From a bacterium (GTDB taxonomy: Bacteria; Zhuqueibacterota; Zhuqueibacteria; Oceanimicrobiales; Oceanimicrobiaceae), in assembly GCA_046757165.1 (NCBI GenBank), contig JBHHXT010000018.1, positions 1 through 47,546 on the forward strand: 47,546 nucleotides of DNA, written 5' to 3'. The notes beneath the pieces are model-generated. The model made no database searches and had not been told where the DNA came from. It was given only the letters and a program-made list of their open reading frames with translations. The position numbers and the translations under genes are program-made. The number at the start of each line of letters is the position of its first letter. Position 1 is the first letter of the stretch. Positions 36,968 to 45,768 of this stretch are shown piece by piece.

Positions 36968-39493
36968 TTAGTACTCGGCCAGCAACCGTGCCGCGGTTAC
37001 GATTTGCTCCTGGCTGATGATGAATGTTTCTTCTAAAGGCGGGCTGTAAGGAACAGGTGAGTCCAGGGCACCCAGCACCCGCACGGGCGCGTCCAGATAT
37101 TCAAACGCCTCTTCCGCGATGATCGAGGCGACGGATTGCCCGATGCCACCCGTCTTGCTGTCCTCATGAAGGATCAGGACGCGGTTGGTCTGCTTGACAC
37201 ACCAGAGAATGGCTGCTTTGTCAAGCGGTTGCAGCGAGCGCAAATCCAGAACTTTGCACGAGATGCCGTGCTCCTGGTGCAACCGCTCAGCGGCAGCCAG
37301 GCCGCGGTGAACATAGGCGCCGTAGGTGATGATGGTGAGGTCGGAGCCATCGCGTTTCAGGTGGGCGGTTCCGAGCGGCAGGATGAACGTCTCATCCTCG
37401 AGCGGCTCCTTGATATCGGCAGAGCGGTAGAGCGCGATATGCTCGTAGTAGAGCACGGGGTTGTCGTCGCGAATGGCCGCTTTCAAGAGCGCCTTGGCCT
37501 CGCGGGGGGTGGCGGGACAGACGATCTTCAATCCCGGCGTGCGGTAAAACCAGGGTTCGGTGTTCTGCGAGTGGTAGGGGCCGGCGCAACGCAGCCCGCC
37601 CCAGGGCAGGCGAATGGTCACCGGCACCGGATGGCGCAAGCGGGCAAAAATCTTGGCCGTATTGTTGACGAGCTGGTTGAACCCGCTCGCCACAAAATCG
37701 TTGAACTGGATCTCGGCGACCGGACGTTTTCCAAGCAGCGCCGCGCCCGTGGCGGCTCCGATGATCGCCGCCTCCGACAACGGCGTGTTGATGATGCGAT
37801 CGCCAAACTGATCCAGCAATACGCGCAGAATGACAAACGCATTGCCATACTTACCGCCCACGTCTTGCCCGAGAATGAACGTATGCGGGTTTGCTGCCAT
37901 TTCTTCGTGCAACGCTTCAGCAATAGCTTGCCAGAACGTCTTGCCGTTCGGGTCTGGCGTAAAACCTAAGGGTTCCGTGGGTCGCCATTCCTCGATTGCG
38001 GGAAACGGCGCTTGTCGCTGTTGCAGGGGCTCGTGGTGCACCCGGCTGTCCCCGTCGGTGAAAACGGGACCGCCGGCAGAAGCTGGCGACGGCCAGGGGG
38101 CCGCGACCACCTGCTTGGCTGTTGCTTCGATTTCGTTCTCGACTTCTGCAACGAGCTGTTCGACCTGTTTGGCCGTCACCACAGTCTGTGAGATCAACTT
38201 CATACTGTAGGTCGAAATGGGATCTTTGTTGCGCCAGTAGGCGAACAGCTCGGCGTCGATGTAGCCGTTGTTCTTGATTTCCGGGTAGCTGACAAACTGG
38301 TCTGGCTCATGACCAAAGTAGAGCATGTCATCGTGGTGGGCATGGCCGCACATGCGCATGCAGATGAGCTCGACGACGACCGGGCCCTCACCCCGGCGAC
38401 AGGCGTTCGCGGCTTCAGTAACGGCTGCGAAAACGGCCTCCGGGTCCGTTCCATCTATGGTAATGGCCCGCAGGCCATATCCGATGGCCTTGCTGGCCAA
38501 CTCCCGGCAAGCGAACTGTTCTTTCGTTGGCGTGGAGAGTGCGGTCTGGTTGTTTTGCAGGATAAACACGATCGGCATTTTTCGCACTCCAGCAAAGTTG
38601 ATCGCCTCATGCCACTCGCCGGCTGAGACGCCACCCTCACCGTTGCAGTTGATCACAACTCTACCGCTCCCTTGCAAGGCCAGGCCCAGGCCGACTGCGT
38701 TGCCCGTGCTGAGAGCAATTGGCGCTGCCGGGGGCACAACGCCACAAGACAGGTCGCCAATATGGAGGTCTTTTCCGTTCGTCGGCTTGCCGACTTTGCC
38801 CATTTGTGCAGCCATGACGTCATACGGCCTCAATCCCATGGCCAGGGCAAGCCCAACGTCGCGTATCACGGGTGCGACATAATCGCCGGTGTATGCTCCA
38901 CTGCCGGCTTTGCCGTCTCGTGACGCTGCGTAGGGGGGGCCGATTCGCCGCAAACGAATGCCCGCGGCGTAGATCGCTTCCTGGCCCATGGAGCGAAATC
39001 CTTTGCCCTGAAAGATGGCGCCGTTCGGCGTCTTGATTTCGCTGCTGAGGAAGAACTTCTTCAGGCGTGCGTCAACGTATCTCGTCGTCAGCATACCGCG
39101 CAGGATTTCGAGTTTCTCCTCGCGGGTAAGCGATGAGCGCAGCGCGACTCTATCAAACGCAGCATTCAGGTCTGCATTCAGGCGGCTCAGATAGGATTGA
39201 TCCGCATGCTGGCAGGACAGAGTTGGATAAATTTCTTGCGACTTCTGCGTCGCGAGCAGGGCCTCGAGAGCGGCTTGACTTTCTGCCAGCAAATCTGCTT
39301 TGAGCCGGCGAAATTGAGCCCGGGAAATTCTGCCCTGCTGCCGGGCAAGGGGTTCGAGAAGGGTCAGAACAGGCGGTCGCGCCAGGGGCGAGAGTTGCGA
39401 AAGGGTGTTGAAGAGCTCTTGTCTGAGCTCGGACACGGAAATGGCTCCCCTCTCACCTTTGGCGGACCTTTTGTCTTGCGTCCGGATTGCCAT
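36968..39493 (-). CDS. 2-oxoacid dehydrogenase E1 alpha/beta fusion with N-terminal extension
   Basis: GQEA, ThDP motif GEG...WHEA.N...QNN, RMCGH, GQDVG, TPLSEAAI.G, EIQF.DF, GPYHSQ, DLRSLQPLD. Confidence 0.9.
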   Translation of the reverse strand: MAIRTQDKRSAKGERGAISVSELRQELFNTLSQLSPLARPPVLTLLEPLARQQGRISRAQFRRLKADLLAESQAALEALLATQKSQEIYPTLSCQHADQSYLSRLNADLNAAFDRVALRSSLTREEKLEILRGMLTTRYVDARLKKFFLSSEIKTPNGAIFQGKGFRSMGQEAIYAAGIRLRRIGPPYAASRDGKAGSGAYTGDYVAPVIRDVGLALAMGLRPYDVMAAQMGKVGKPTNGKDLHIGDLSCGVVPPAAPIALSTGNAVGLGLALQGSGRVVINCNGEGGVSAGEWHEAINFAGVRKMPIVFILQNNQTALSTPTKEQFACRELASKAIGYGLRAITIDGTDPEAVFAAVTEAANACRRGEGPVVVELICMRMCGHAHHDDMLYFGHEPDQFVSYPEIKNNGYIDAELFAYWRNKDPISTYSMKLISQTVVTAKQVEQLVAEVENEIEATAKQVVAAPWPSPASAGGPVFTDGDSRVHHEPLQQRQAPFPAIEEWRPTEPLGFTPDPNGKTFWQAIAEALHEEMAANPHTFILGQDVGGKYGNAFVILRVLLDQFGDRIINTPLSEAAIIGAATGAALLGKRPVAEIQFNDFVASGFNQLVNNTAKIFARLRHPVPVTIRLPWGGLRCAGPYHSQNTEPWFYRTPGLKIVCPATPREAKALLKAAIRDDNPVLYYEHIALYRSADIKEPLEDETFILPLGTAHLKRDGSDLTIITYGAYVHRGLAAAERLHQEHGISCKVLDLRSLQPLDKAAILWCVKQTNRVLILHEDSKTGGIGQSVASIIAEEAFEYLDAPVRVLGALDSPVPYSPPLEETFIISQEQIVTAARLLAEY

Positions 39494-39541
39494 GGCGTTG
39501 CGGTCGTGCTCGTGAAGTTTGGATGATTACAATCAGGCAAG

Positions 39542-39583
39542 AAGATAGACAAATGCCCTTACAGAGTCAAGGCATTTGTCTAT
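39542..39583 (-). promoter_or_regulatory. sigma70-type promoter of the E1 gene overlapped by a 13-bp inverted repeat (candidate operator)
   Basis: Minus strand TTGACT (39570-39565)-N17-TATCTT (39547-39542); ATAGACAAATGCC (39545-39557) / GGCATTTGTCTAT (39571-39583). Confidence 0.6.
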
Positions 39584-39619
39584 TCTGACAATTGCAGCAA
39601 GCCCTGCTCGAGAATTCAC

Positions 39620-39648
39620 TTGATTAAATACTTTTGTTACCTTATCTT
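39620..39648 (+). promoter_or_regulatory. sigma70-type promoter upstream of the SpoIIE gene
   Basis: TTGATT (39620-39625)-N17-TATCTT (39643-39648). Confidence 0.5.
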
Positions 39649-39845
39649 CATCAATATCTGAAAAGTCAATTCCTGCAATTTTTTGGCAAGATCTGGACTA
39701 AGAAAGTCAACACCCTGACCACACCACTCTTGATTCAAACTCAGTTGCTTCTCTCCGTTGGTTCTTGGCTTCAGTTGACGCACAAGGAGGGTTGACTTTG
39801 GGCAAAATATTTCGAATTGCGCAAAACAAAACATAGGAGGTCAAA

Positions 39846-41150
39846 GTGGCCCTTTTGAAGAAAGATGACTCGCACACAGACCTGAAGGAGGAGAATGAGC
39901 GGCTCAGACAATCGCTCGAAGAGCTTTCCATTCTGATCGAATTGTCGAGCGTGATTAGCTCGACCATGTCGCTGAACAATATTATGGACAAGGTCGTTGC
40001 AAAATCGGTCAAAGCAGTCAATGCCAAGCAGGGCACCATCCATTTGCTCGACAAGGAAAGCCAAAACGACGATCCGTTTACGACGTTTATTCGCAAGGCG
40101 GATGAGACCACGCCCACAAGTAAATTCCGCCTGGATGTGGAGCTGAGCGGTTGGATGATGCGCCATATGAAACCCCTGCTCATCAACGACTTCGAGAACA
40201 ATAAGCACTTTATCAGCCGTCGGGCGAGCGATTTCGCCATTAAGACCCTGCTGAGTGTTCCGCTTGTGTGCAAAGGCGAGCTGATCGGGGTCTTGAATTT
40301 GTACAACAAGAAGGGGAACCAACAGTTTTCACAGGAGGACCAGAAGCTGCTGTCAATCATTGCCTCGCAATCGGCACAGGTGATTGAAAACGCCCGCTTG
40401 TATGAGCAAGAAAAACAGCTTCTGAAAATCGAGCGCGAGTTGGAGATGGCGCGCTCGATCCAGACTCGACTGCTGCCGAAAGAGAGTCCCCGGGTACAGG
40501 GATTCGATATTGCCGGGGCCAGTTATGCCGCCCGGGACGTCGGTGGTGACTATTTCGATTTTATTGAGCTCGATAACGGAAATTGGTGCATTGCTCTGGG
40601 CGATGTTTCCGGCAAAGGCATCCCGGCAGCCCTTTTGATGTCTCATTTGCAGGCTACGGTGCGGAATCAAGCCCTGAGCAACGACAAGTTTTCGGATTGT
40701 GTCGCGAAAACGAACGACTTCCTGTACCGCCATACCGAAGGCAACAAGTTCGTGACCATGTTTGGCGGCATCCTGGATCCGAAAAGAAAAACGTTCAGCT
40801 ACGTCAATGCCGGCCACAATTTCCCTTATCATCTGCAGCGCAATGGCAAAGCCGTGTCGCTGGAAGTAGGGGGACTTGTCATGGGCATGATGCCAGGCTG
40901 CCTCTACGAGCAAGATGAGATCGAGCTCGAGAGCGGTGAGCTTGTGGTCATTTATTCGGACGGCGTCACCGAGGCAGAGAACGCGATCGAAGAGATGTTT
41001 GGCACCGAGCGCTTCACGGATCTGCTCATGGCCAACAAACAAAAAACCGCTGGCGAAATTGTTACTGAGATTTACAGGACGGTCAAACAGTTTGAAGCCA
41101 ATGCGGAGCAGGACGATGACATCACGGTGGTGGTGGTCAAGGCAGTCTAG
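39846..41150 (+). CDS. GAF-domain PP2C/SpoIIE (RsbU-like) serine phosphatase
   Basis: GAF (LSVPL...GVLNLYNK...FS.ED); ARSIQ, VGGDYFD, GDVSGKG.PAA, NAGHN, YSDGVTE, DDIT; RBS AGGAGG. Confidence 0.93.
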   Translation: MALLKKDDSHTDLKEENERLRQSLEELSILIELSSVISSTMSLNNIMDKVVAKSVKAVNAKQGTIHLLDKESQNDDPFTTFIRKADETTPTSKFRLDVELSGWMMRHMKPLLINDFENNKHFISRRASDFAIKTLLSVPLVCKGELIGVLNLYNKKGNQQFSQEDQKLLSIIASQSAQVIENARLYEQEKQLLKIERELEMARSIQTRLLPKESPRVQGFDIAGASYAARDVGGDYFDFIELDNGNWCIALGDVSGKGIPAALLMSHLQATVRNQALSNDKFSDCVAKTNDFLYRHTEGNKFVTMFGGILDPKRKTFSYVNAGHNFPYHLQRNGKAVSLEVGGLVMGMMPGCLYEQDEIELESGELVVIYSDGVTEAENAIEEMFGTERFTDLLMANKQKTAGEIVTEIYRTVKQFEANAEQDDDITVVVVKAV

Positions 41151-41159
41151 GGCCCCGAC

Positions 41160-41504
41160 TTGCGACGCATCAGCCCATTCTTGAGCCTCATCGTTTGCCT
41201 CGCCTGTCAAGCTGAACCCCCCGCCGATATCACCGACCCCGGTGAGCTGCTGTTCCTGGGATACGCCAAAAAAGAAGTCAATTGTGCCCGCTGCCACGGC
41301 CCACAAGGGCGGGGGGGCATGCTGGCGCCGGGCATTCAAGACGTCTTCAAGAAATATGACGAAGAGACCATCGCAGATATCATCGAGGAAGGTAAAGGGG
41401 ACGACAAGGAGGCCATGCCGCCGCTCGAGGGGGTCATTACGGAAGAGGAGCTACACCATTTGATTCGGTTTCTAAGAACCCTTACGGCCAGAGACTCGAG
41501 TTAG
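41160..41504 (+). CDS. Monoheme c-type cytochrome, probable lipoprotein
   Basis: Lipobox LAC; CARCH heme motif; distal Met in AMPP. Confidence 0.8.
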   Translation: MRRISPFLSLIVCLACQAEPPADITDPGELLFLGYAKKEVNCARCHGPQGRGGMLAPGIQDVFKKYDEETIADIIEEGKGDDKEAMPPLEGVITEEELHHLIRFLRTLTARDSS

Positions 41505-41523
41505 GCCGAGACCAGATGAGAAA

Positions 41524-41833
41524 ACAACAAACAGTGTGAGCGGCCCGCCACTCGAGCGGTTGTCACGTGCTGGAGAGAGGTTCGAAAAAGCCTCTGGCTA
41601 GTTACGTAAGAACCCGGAATCTCTCGTTTTCCAGTTGTAGAGAGTGGAATATTTGAAAAAAATACCAAAAAATTCTTACAGAGGCATTTGCTATCCGAAA
41701 TATCGGGGATTACAGTTTTAGAATACGCTCCCATATGTTTCCGGCAATGTCTATTCTAACGGCGAATTGCTGAGCGGAAAGACCACATATAGAATCCGAA
41801 AAAGCGATAAGGTCTCTCGAGCCTGCGTTGGAG
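41524..41833. mobile_element. Degenerate integron-cassette-like remnant (two attC-like palindromes around an AT-rich fragment)
   Basis: Two elements AAC..TGAGCGG..CTCGAGC..GTY at 41524-41567 and 41755-41832; a start-less reading frame ends at the TAA of TCTAAC. Confidence 0.35.
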
Positions 41834-41847
41834 CCCACGCAAACATT

Positions 41848-43089
41848 TCAAAACTTCCTCAAAACCACACTCGCGTTCGCTCCCCCAAAGCCAAAAGAGT
41901 TCGACAAGCAAACGTCGATTTTCGCCTGTCGGGGCTCGTTGGGCACATAGTCGAGGTCACACTCAGGATCGGGCGTCTCGTAGTTGATGGTTGGCGGCAG
42001 CACCTGGTTTTCAATCGCTTTGATGCAGTAGATGGCTTCGATCGCTCCGGCCGCGCCGAGCAGATGGCCGGTCATGGATTTGGTCGAGCTGATGGCGAGC
42101 TTGTAGGCATGGTCGCCAAAGACCTCTTTGACGGCGCGGGTTTCGGTGACGTCATTGAGGGGCGTTGAGGTGCCGTGCGCGTTGATGTAGTCAATGTCTT
42201 GCGGCCGGATGCCGGCAGACTCGAGGGCGTTTTGGATGCACACCCGCGACCCTCTTCCCTCCGGATCCGGCGCCGTGATGTGAAAGGCGTCGGTGCTCAT
42301 GCCAAAGCCGACAACTTCAGCATAAATGTTGGCATTGCGTTTCCTGGCAAACTCGAGCTCTTCGAGAATCAAAATACCCGCCCCCTCGCTGGAGACGAAG
42401 CCGTCGCGGTTCAAGTCGAAGGGCCGGCAGGCTTTTTCCGGTGGGTCGTTGCTCGTCGAGAGCGCTTTGGCGTTTGCAAACCCGGCCAGCGCGGCCGGCA
42501 CCAGCGTGGCTTCCGTGCTGCCGACGACCATGGCCTCGGCCTCGCCACGCCGGATGGTATGGTAGCCATCGGCGATGGCGTGCACACCGGTCGAGCAGGC
42601 GGACACCACGCCGTAGCTTGGCCCGCGCATTTTGTATTTAATCGCCACCTGGCCGGAGGCGAGGTTGATGATGGCGGAGGGAACAAAAAACGGCGAAATG
42701 CGATTGGCCTGTCCGGCATAGGCTTTCAAGGTATTCTGTTCAATGGTGGTAATGCCGCCCTGGCCAGATCCAATGATCACCCCGATCCGTTCTGAAATGG
42801 AATCATCCACCCGCAGGCCGGCGTCCGCCATCGCTTCAATTGTGGCCGCCATCGAGAACTGGATAAACGGGTCCATCTTCTTGAGCTCTTTTTTCTCGAT
42901 GTACTCTTCCGGCCGGAAGTTTTTGACTTCTCCGGCGATTTTGACCGGAAAATCGGGAAAATGGAATTTGGTCAACTCTCCGATTCCCGACCGGCAGTTT
43001 AGAATGCTATGCCAGTTTTCCTTGACGGTCAATCCAATGGGCGTGACCATGCCCATGCCTGTGACCACAACACGACGACTTCCATCCAT
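41848..43089 (-). CDS. fabF: Beta-ketoacyl-ACP synthase II
   Basis: RRVVVTGMG, SACSTG (catalytic Cys), NAHGTST, SSTKSMTGHLLGAAG, SNSFGFGG. Confidence 0.95.
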   Translation of the reverse strand: MDGSRRVVVTGMGMVTPIGLTVKENWHSILNCRSGIGELTKFHFPDFPVKIAGEVKNFRPEEYIEKKELKKMDPFIQFSMAATIEAMADAGLRVDDSISERIGVIIGSGQGGITTIEQNTLKAYAGQANRISPFFVPSAIINLASGQVAIKYKMRGPSYGVVSACSTGVHAIADGYHTIRRGEAEAMVVGSTEATLVPAALAGFANAKALSTSNDPPEKACRPFDLNRDGFVSSEGAGILILEELEFARKRNANIYAEVVGFGMSTDAFHITAPDPEGRGSRVCIQNALESAGIRPQDIDYINAHGTSTPLNDVTETRAVKEVFGDHAYKLAISSTKSMTGHLLGAAGAIEAIYCIKAIENQVLPPTINYETPDPECDLDYVPNEPRQAKIDVCLSNSFGFGGANASVVLRKF

Positions 43090-43142
43090 ATATGATTGCC
43101 TCACTTCCTCAGTTATTTTTCAGGTCTGAATTATTAGAGTGC

Positions 43143-43505
43143 TCAAGAGGCTGCCTCGCTGCCGGCAATTTCATCCATCATTTCAAAAGCGTAGCGCAAA
43201 TGCGGAATGACGATAGAGCCGCCGACGATAAGCGCAATGTTCATTGCCTCATGTATTTCATCGCGGGTCGCCCCCTCCTCGAAGCTTCGATTGAGGTGAT
43301 ACAAAATGCAATCATTGCAGCGCAAAACCATGGACGCCACCAGACCCATCAGTTCCTTCATCTTTGCTGGCAGCGCGCCCTCTTGATAGGCCTTGTTGTC
43401 GAGTGCGAAAAATTTCTTGAAATCTTTGAAACCGCTGTTGAAGATCTTATCATTCATGGCAGAACGATGTTCTTGAAACTTAGAGAGCGTTTTTGTAATT
43501 TTCAT
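43143..43505 (-). CDS. Carboxymuconolactone decarboxylase / AhpD-like protein
   Basis: GAL..KMKELMGLVAS.VLRCNDCILYH (CxxC), GAT.DEI.EA, VGGSIVIPH. Confidence 0.88.
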   Translation of the reverse strand: MKITKTLSKFQEHRSAMNDKIFNSGFKDFKKFFALDNKAYQEGALPAKMKELMGLVASMVLRCNDCILYHLNRSFEEGATRDEIHEAMNIALIVGGSIVIPHLRYAFEMMDEIAGSEAAS

Positions 43506-43566
43506 GGATGTGAATCATTTCTCCGTGCGTTAATAACAATGACAGTAGGTTCATTTTCAAAGAGTA

Positions 43567-43595
43567 AATTTAAATTTGCAAAGACTAAAAGTCAA
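43567..43595 (-). promoter_or_regulatory. sigma70-type promoter of the AhpD-like/fabF genes
   Basis: Minus strand TTGACT-N17-TAAATT. Confidence 0.6.
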
Positions 43596-43621
43596 GCCTA
43601 AAGTTCACGCCGCCTTTTTTG

Positions 43622-43650
43622 TTGATTTTCGTACTTGATTCTGCTAATAT
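43622..43650 (+). promoter_or_regulatory. sigma70-type promoter of the acyl-CoA ligase gene
   Basis: TTGATT-N17-TAATAT with an extended TG. Confidence 0.6.
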
Positions 43651-43685
43651 TTGACGATAGTCTAAGTGTATCTCAAGGAGGATTT

Positions 43686-45467
43686 ATGATAGTCGAAACG
43701 TTGAGCCAGCTCTTCGAACTCAATACGACGAAGTTCAACAAGCCGGATTTGCTCATCTACCGCGGCAAGGATGGCGCCTTCCACCGCATCTCCTCGAACG
43801 AATTCAGGGACCGGGTCATACACTTTGCATTGGGACTGAAAGGATTGGGGGTCAAGCAAGAGACCAAAGTCCTGCTGCTGTCCGAAAACAGGCCCGAATG
43901 GCATATCGTCGATTTCGCCTGCCACCTGCTTGCTGCTGTTGTGGTGCCCATTTTCCCGACCTTGATCGCGGACCAGGTCGAATACATTCTCAACCACAGC
44001 GGTGCTGAAGTTGTGGTCGTTTCGACCCGCCGGCAGTTAGAGAAGATTTTATCCGTGCGCGAAAAGATCAAGAAGGTCAAGCACATCATCGTGTTTGAGG
44101 CTGACGCTGCCCGCGATGACGTGCACTGTTTCGAAAACATTCTGCAAGCGGGGCGCGAGCAGGACGACACCGGGTTTTATGACGAAGCGGTCAGACTGGC
44201 AAAAGCAGAGGAGGTTGCGACCATCATTTATACCTCTGGTACCACCGGTGTCCCCAAAGGCGTAATGCTGAGTCACCGCAATATCGTTTCCAACTTTCTG
44301 GATTGTTCGATGGTGTTGCGCCTGACCTCAGCAGACAGGGCCTTATCCTTTTTGCCCCTTTCGCACGCATTTGAGCGCACCGTGGATTATGTCTATTTCT
44401 ATCGCGGCTTGACTATCGCCTATTGCGCCAGCCTGGAGAGCCTGGCGGAGGATTTGAGAGAGGCCTCCCCGGTCATCATGGCCAATGTTCCGCGGTTCTA
44501 CGAGAAAGTCAAAAGCAAGATCGAAGTCAAAGCCGCCGCAGGAGGCGGCCTCAAGAAGAAGATTTTCGACTGGGCGTTGGCGGTTGGCAAGCGCAAATCC
44601 CGCCTCGAGCTGCAGAGCAAAAAGAGTGGCTGGCTGCTGGCCCTTCAATATAGTCTCGCCGAGAAGCTGGTCTTCAGAAAGATTCGGGCCGGAATGGGGG
44701 GCAATATCCGATTCTTCATCTCGGGCGGCGCTCCCCTGTCAGCCGAAGTGGGCCAGTTCTTCCTGGCAACAGGATTGAAAATACTGGAAGGTTACGGCCT
44801 GACTGAAACGGCGCCGGTCATTTCTGTCAACCCGTACGACAGACCCCGGTTCGGTACGGTCGGGAAGTTGATGAAACAAGTCGAGGTGAGAATCGCTGAC
44901 GACGGCGAGATTCTGGTGAAGGGACCCAGCGTCATGGTGGGCTATTACAAAATGCCGGAAGAAACCGAAAGCGTCATTGCAGATGGCTGGTTCCACACCG
45001 GCGACATCGGTGTGCTGGACGAGGAAGGGTATCTGAAGATCACCGACCGCATCAAGCAGCTGCTCGTCACCTCCGTCGGCAAGAAAGTGGCCCCGCAACC
45101 GATCGAGAAAGAGGTGGAGAACAGCTTGTTTATCGAGCAAGTGCTGCTGATCGGAGAAAAACGCAGCTTCATCTCGGCCTTGATTGTTCCTGATTTTGAA
45201 CAACTCGAACATCTTGCTAACGACCTGAAATTGAATGGCGCCACCCCGGACACATTGCTGCAACAACAGCCGGTGTACGACCTCATTCAACAAGAAATCG
45301 ACAAAAGGCAGGCGAAGTTCTCTGACTACGAGAAAATACGAAAATTCAAGCTCTTGTCCCACCCGTTCACCATTGAAAATGGCGAATTGACGCCGACCAT
45401 GAAGATCAAGCGCAGGGTTGTGGTGGAGAAGTACTCCGACTTGATCGAAGAAATGTACGCCAACTGA
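43686..45467 (+). CDS. Long-chain fatty acid--CoA ligase (AMP-dependent synthetase)
   Basis: IYTSGTTGVPKG, SFLPLSH, SGGAPL, EGYGLTE, GWFHTGDIG, ELTPTMKIKR; RBS AAGGAGG. Confidence 0.92.
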   Translation: MIVETLSQLFELNTTKFNKPDLLIYRGKDGAFHRISSNEFRDRVIHFALGLKGLGVKQETKVLLLSENRPEWHIVDFACHLLAAVVVPIFPTLIADQVEYILNHSGAEVVVVSTRRQLEKILSVREKIKKVKHIIVFEADAARDDVHCFENILQAGREQDDTGFYDEAVRLAKAEEVATIIYTSGTTGVPKGVMLSHRNIVSNFLDCSMVLRLTSADRALSFLPLSHAFERTVDYVYFYRGLTIAYCASLESLAEDLREASPVIMANVPRFYEKVKSKIEVKAAAGGGLKKKIFDWALAVGKRKSRLELQSKKSGWLLALQYSLAEKLVFRKIRAGMGGNIRFFISGGAPLSAEVGQFFLATGLKILEGYGLTETAPVISVNPYDRPRFGTVGKLMKQVEVRIADDGEILVKGPSVMVGYYKMPEETESVIADGWFHTGDIGVLDEEGYLKITDRIKQLLVTSVGKKVAPQPIEKEVENSLFIEQVLLIGEKRSFISALIVPDFEQLEHLANDLKLNGATPDTLLQQQPVYDLIQQEIDKRQAKFSDYEKIRKFKLLSHPFTIENGELTPTMKIKRRVVVEKYSDLIEEMYAN

Positions 45468-45577
45468 CCTGCCTTATCCAGGCGATAGCATCCGGTGTTC
45501 GGCCTCTAAGCTGTAAGTTCCACAAAAATAGCACGCTGGCGAGAAAAGCTAAGCTTGCCAATCAAACCTTCATCCAA

Positions 45578-45610
45578 AACCTTGTGAAGGCATGAAACCT
45601 TCGCAAGGTT
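45578..45610. repeat. REP-like inverted repeat
   Basis: AACCTTGTGAAGG-CATGAAA-CCTTCGCAAGGTT; no U-tract. Confidence 0.5.
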
Positions 45611-45768
45611 GCGCGGTCACTGAGCGTCGGGTCATTTCGTCATGGATGTCTGCCATGACCTGATGGATGTCCACGGATGGGGACAGAATTTCGTTGCATC
45701 TGTTGGGCAATTCCATTAACCTGTCTTACCCAAGCGATAACATTCGGTGTCCTGAACGGGGAGAAACC

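Noticed and set aside
37136..37969. 277-aa plus-strand ORF
   Set aside because: Antisense shadow of the E1 gene.
40353..41339. 328-aa minus-strand ORF
   Set aside because: Antisense to the well-supported SpoIIE and cytochrome c genes; no domain signature.
45715..45740. sigma28-like promoter before the DUF885 gene (TTAA...AGCGATAA)
   Set aside because: The spacer is about 2 nt too short and both elements are weak.
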